A DNA stretch of 64,000 bases from Macrostomum hystrix (Eukaryota > Animalia > Platyhelminthes): the NCBI GenBank assembly GCA_950097015.1, contig CATNEN010000001.1:682001-746000 (forward strand). The letters run 5' to 3'. The position numbers were made by a program, and so were the translations under genes. Positions 62,078-64,000 of this stretch are shown piece by piece. The notes under the pieces are model-generated. The model was not told the origin of the DNA and did no database searches. It saw only the letters and a program-made list of their open reading frames with translations. Within the stretch, counting starts at the first letter, position 1; every line of letters begins with the position of its first letter.

Positions 62078-64000
62078 TTTCTAGTGACAATCCAGAGCAG
62101 ATTCTAGTGATAATCTAGAGCAGAGTCTAGTGACAATCTAGAGCAGATTCTAGTGACAATCTAGAGCAGATTCTAGTGACAATCTAGAGCAGATTCTAGT
62201 GACAATCTAGAGCAGATTCTAGTGATAATCTAGAGCACATTCTAGTGACAATCTAGAGCAGATTCTAGTGACAATCCAGAGCAGATTCTAGTGATAATCT
62301 AGAGCAGAGTCTAGTGACAATCTAGAGCAGATTCTAGTGACAATCTAGAGCAGATTCTAGTGATAATCTAGAGCAGATTCTAGTGACAATCTAGAGCAGA
62401 TTCTAGTGACAATCTAGAGCAGATTCTAGTGACAATCTAGAGCAGATTCTAGTGACAATCTAGAGCAGATTCTAGTGACAATCTAGAGCAGATTCTAGTG
62501 ACAATCTAGAGCAGATTCTTGTGACAATCTAGAGCAGATTCTAGTGACAATCTAGAGCAGATTCTAGTGATAATCTAGAGCAGATTCTAGTGACAATCTA
62601 GAGCAGATTCTAGTGACAATCTAGAGCAGATTCTAGTGACAATCTAGAGCAGATTCTAGTGATAATCTAGAGCAGATTCTAGTGACAATCTAGAGCAGAT
62701 TCTAGTGATAATCTAGAGCAGATTCTAGTGACAATCTAGAGCAGATTCTAGTGACAATCTAGAGCAGATTCTAGTGACAATCTAGAGCAGATTCTAGTGA
62801 CAATCTAGAGCAGATTCTAGTGATAATCTAGAGCAGATTCTAGTGACAATCTAGAGCAGATTCTAGTGACAATCTAGAGCAGATTCTAGTGACAATCTAG
62901 AGCAGATTCTAGTGACAATCTAGAGCAGATTCTAGTGACAATCTAGAGCAGATTCTAGTGACAATCTAGAGCAGATTCTAGTGACAATCTAGAGCAGATT
63001 CTAGTGACAATCTAGAGCAGATTCTAGTGACAATCTAGAGCAGATTCTAGTGACAATCTAGAGCAGATTCTAGTGATAATCTAGAGCAGATTCTAGTGAC
63101 AATCTAGAGCAGATTCTAGTGACAATCTAGAGCAGATTCTAGTGACAATCTAGAGCAGATTCTAGTGACAATCTAGAGCAGATTCTAGTGACAATCTAGA
63201 GCAGATTCTAGTGACAATCTAGAGCAGATTCTAGTGACAATCTAGAGCAGATTCTAGTGACAATCTAGAGCAGATTCTAGTGACAATCTAGAGCAGATTC
63301 TAGTGACAATCTAGAGCAGATTCTAGTGACAATCTAGAGCAGATTCTAGTGACAATCTAGAGCAGATTCTAGTGATAATCTAGAGCAGATTCTAGTGACA
63401 ATCTAGAGCAGATTCTAGTGACAATCTAGAGCAGATTCTAGTGACAATCTAGAGCAGATTCTAGTGACAATCTAGAGCAGATTCTAGTGACAATCTAGAG
63501 CAGATTCTAGTGACAATCTAGAGCAGATTCTAGTGACAATCTAGAGCAGATTCTAGTGACAATCTAGAGCAGATTCTAGTGATAATCTAGAGCAGATTCT
63601 AGTGACAATCTAGAGCAGATTCTAGTGACAATCTAGAGCAGATTCTAGTGATAATCTAGAGCAGATTCTAGTGACAATCTAGAGCAGATTCTTAGTGACA
63701 ATCTAGAGCAGATTCTAGTGACAATCTAGAGCAGATTCTAGTGACAATCTAGAGCAGATTCTAGTGACAATCTAGAGCAGATTCTAGTGATAATCTAGAG
63801 CAGATTCTAGTGACAATCTAGAGCAGATTCTAGTGACTAATCTAGAGCAGATTCTAGTGATAATCTAGAGCCGATTCTAGTGATAATCTAGAGCAGATTC
63901 TAGTGACAATCTAGAGCCGATTCTAGTGACAATCTAGAGCAGATTCTAGTGACAATCTAGAGCAGATTCTAGTGACAATCTAGAGCAGATTCTAGTGACA
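62078..64000. repeat. Satellite array, 23-bp unit, runs off the window end
   Basis: ATTCTAGTGA(C/T)AATCTAGAGCAG, a dimer of two TCTAG-containing half-units. Confidence 0.96.

Overview
Eukaryotic (metazoan) genomic DNA: spliceosomal introns, poly-Q/poly-A/poly-G-rich exons and a very high load of minisatellites. The style suggests a free-living flatworm such as Macrostomum (inference only). I rebuilt four spliced genes by hand with consistent intron phases: a 5'-partial CEP170-like gene (+, 1716-11827), a complete 16-exon RasGRP gene (-, 34679-14988), a SUCO/SLP1-like SUN-domain gene (-, 48665-43324) and a four-RRM, lysine-rich nucleolin-like gene (+, 57533-61684). There is also an intronless small secreted-peptide precursor (+, 55073-55360). 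Mobile DNA comprises an intact DD34D mariner, a mariner-derived 460-bp-arm foldback element, a Mutator-like MITE, a Merlin-like deletion derivative, an RNase H-bearing LINE relic, two tRNA-derived SINE families, and an unexplained hairpin-rich ~390-bp repeat present twice. More than 20 distinct tandem arrays fill introns and intergenic DNA. Several unrelated-looking arrays share short cores (CACYYCACTCC; AGATCCTCAG), and some of these read as splice-site motifs on the host sense strand. Most long ORFs in the ORF track are translation artefacts of these arrays. No CRISPR, rRNA or bona fide tRNA was seen.
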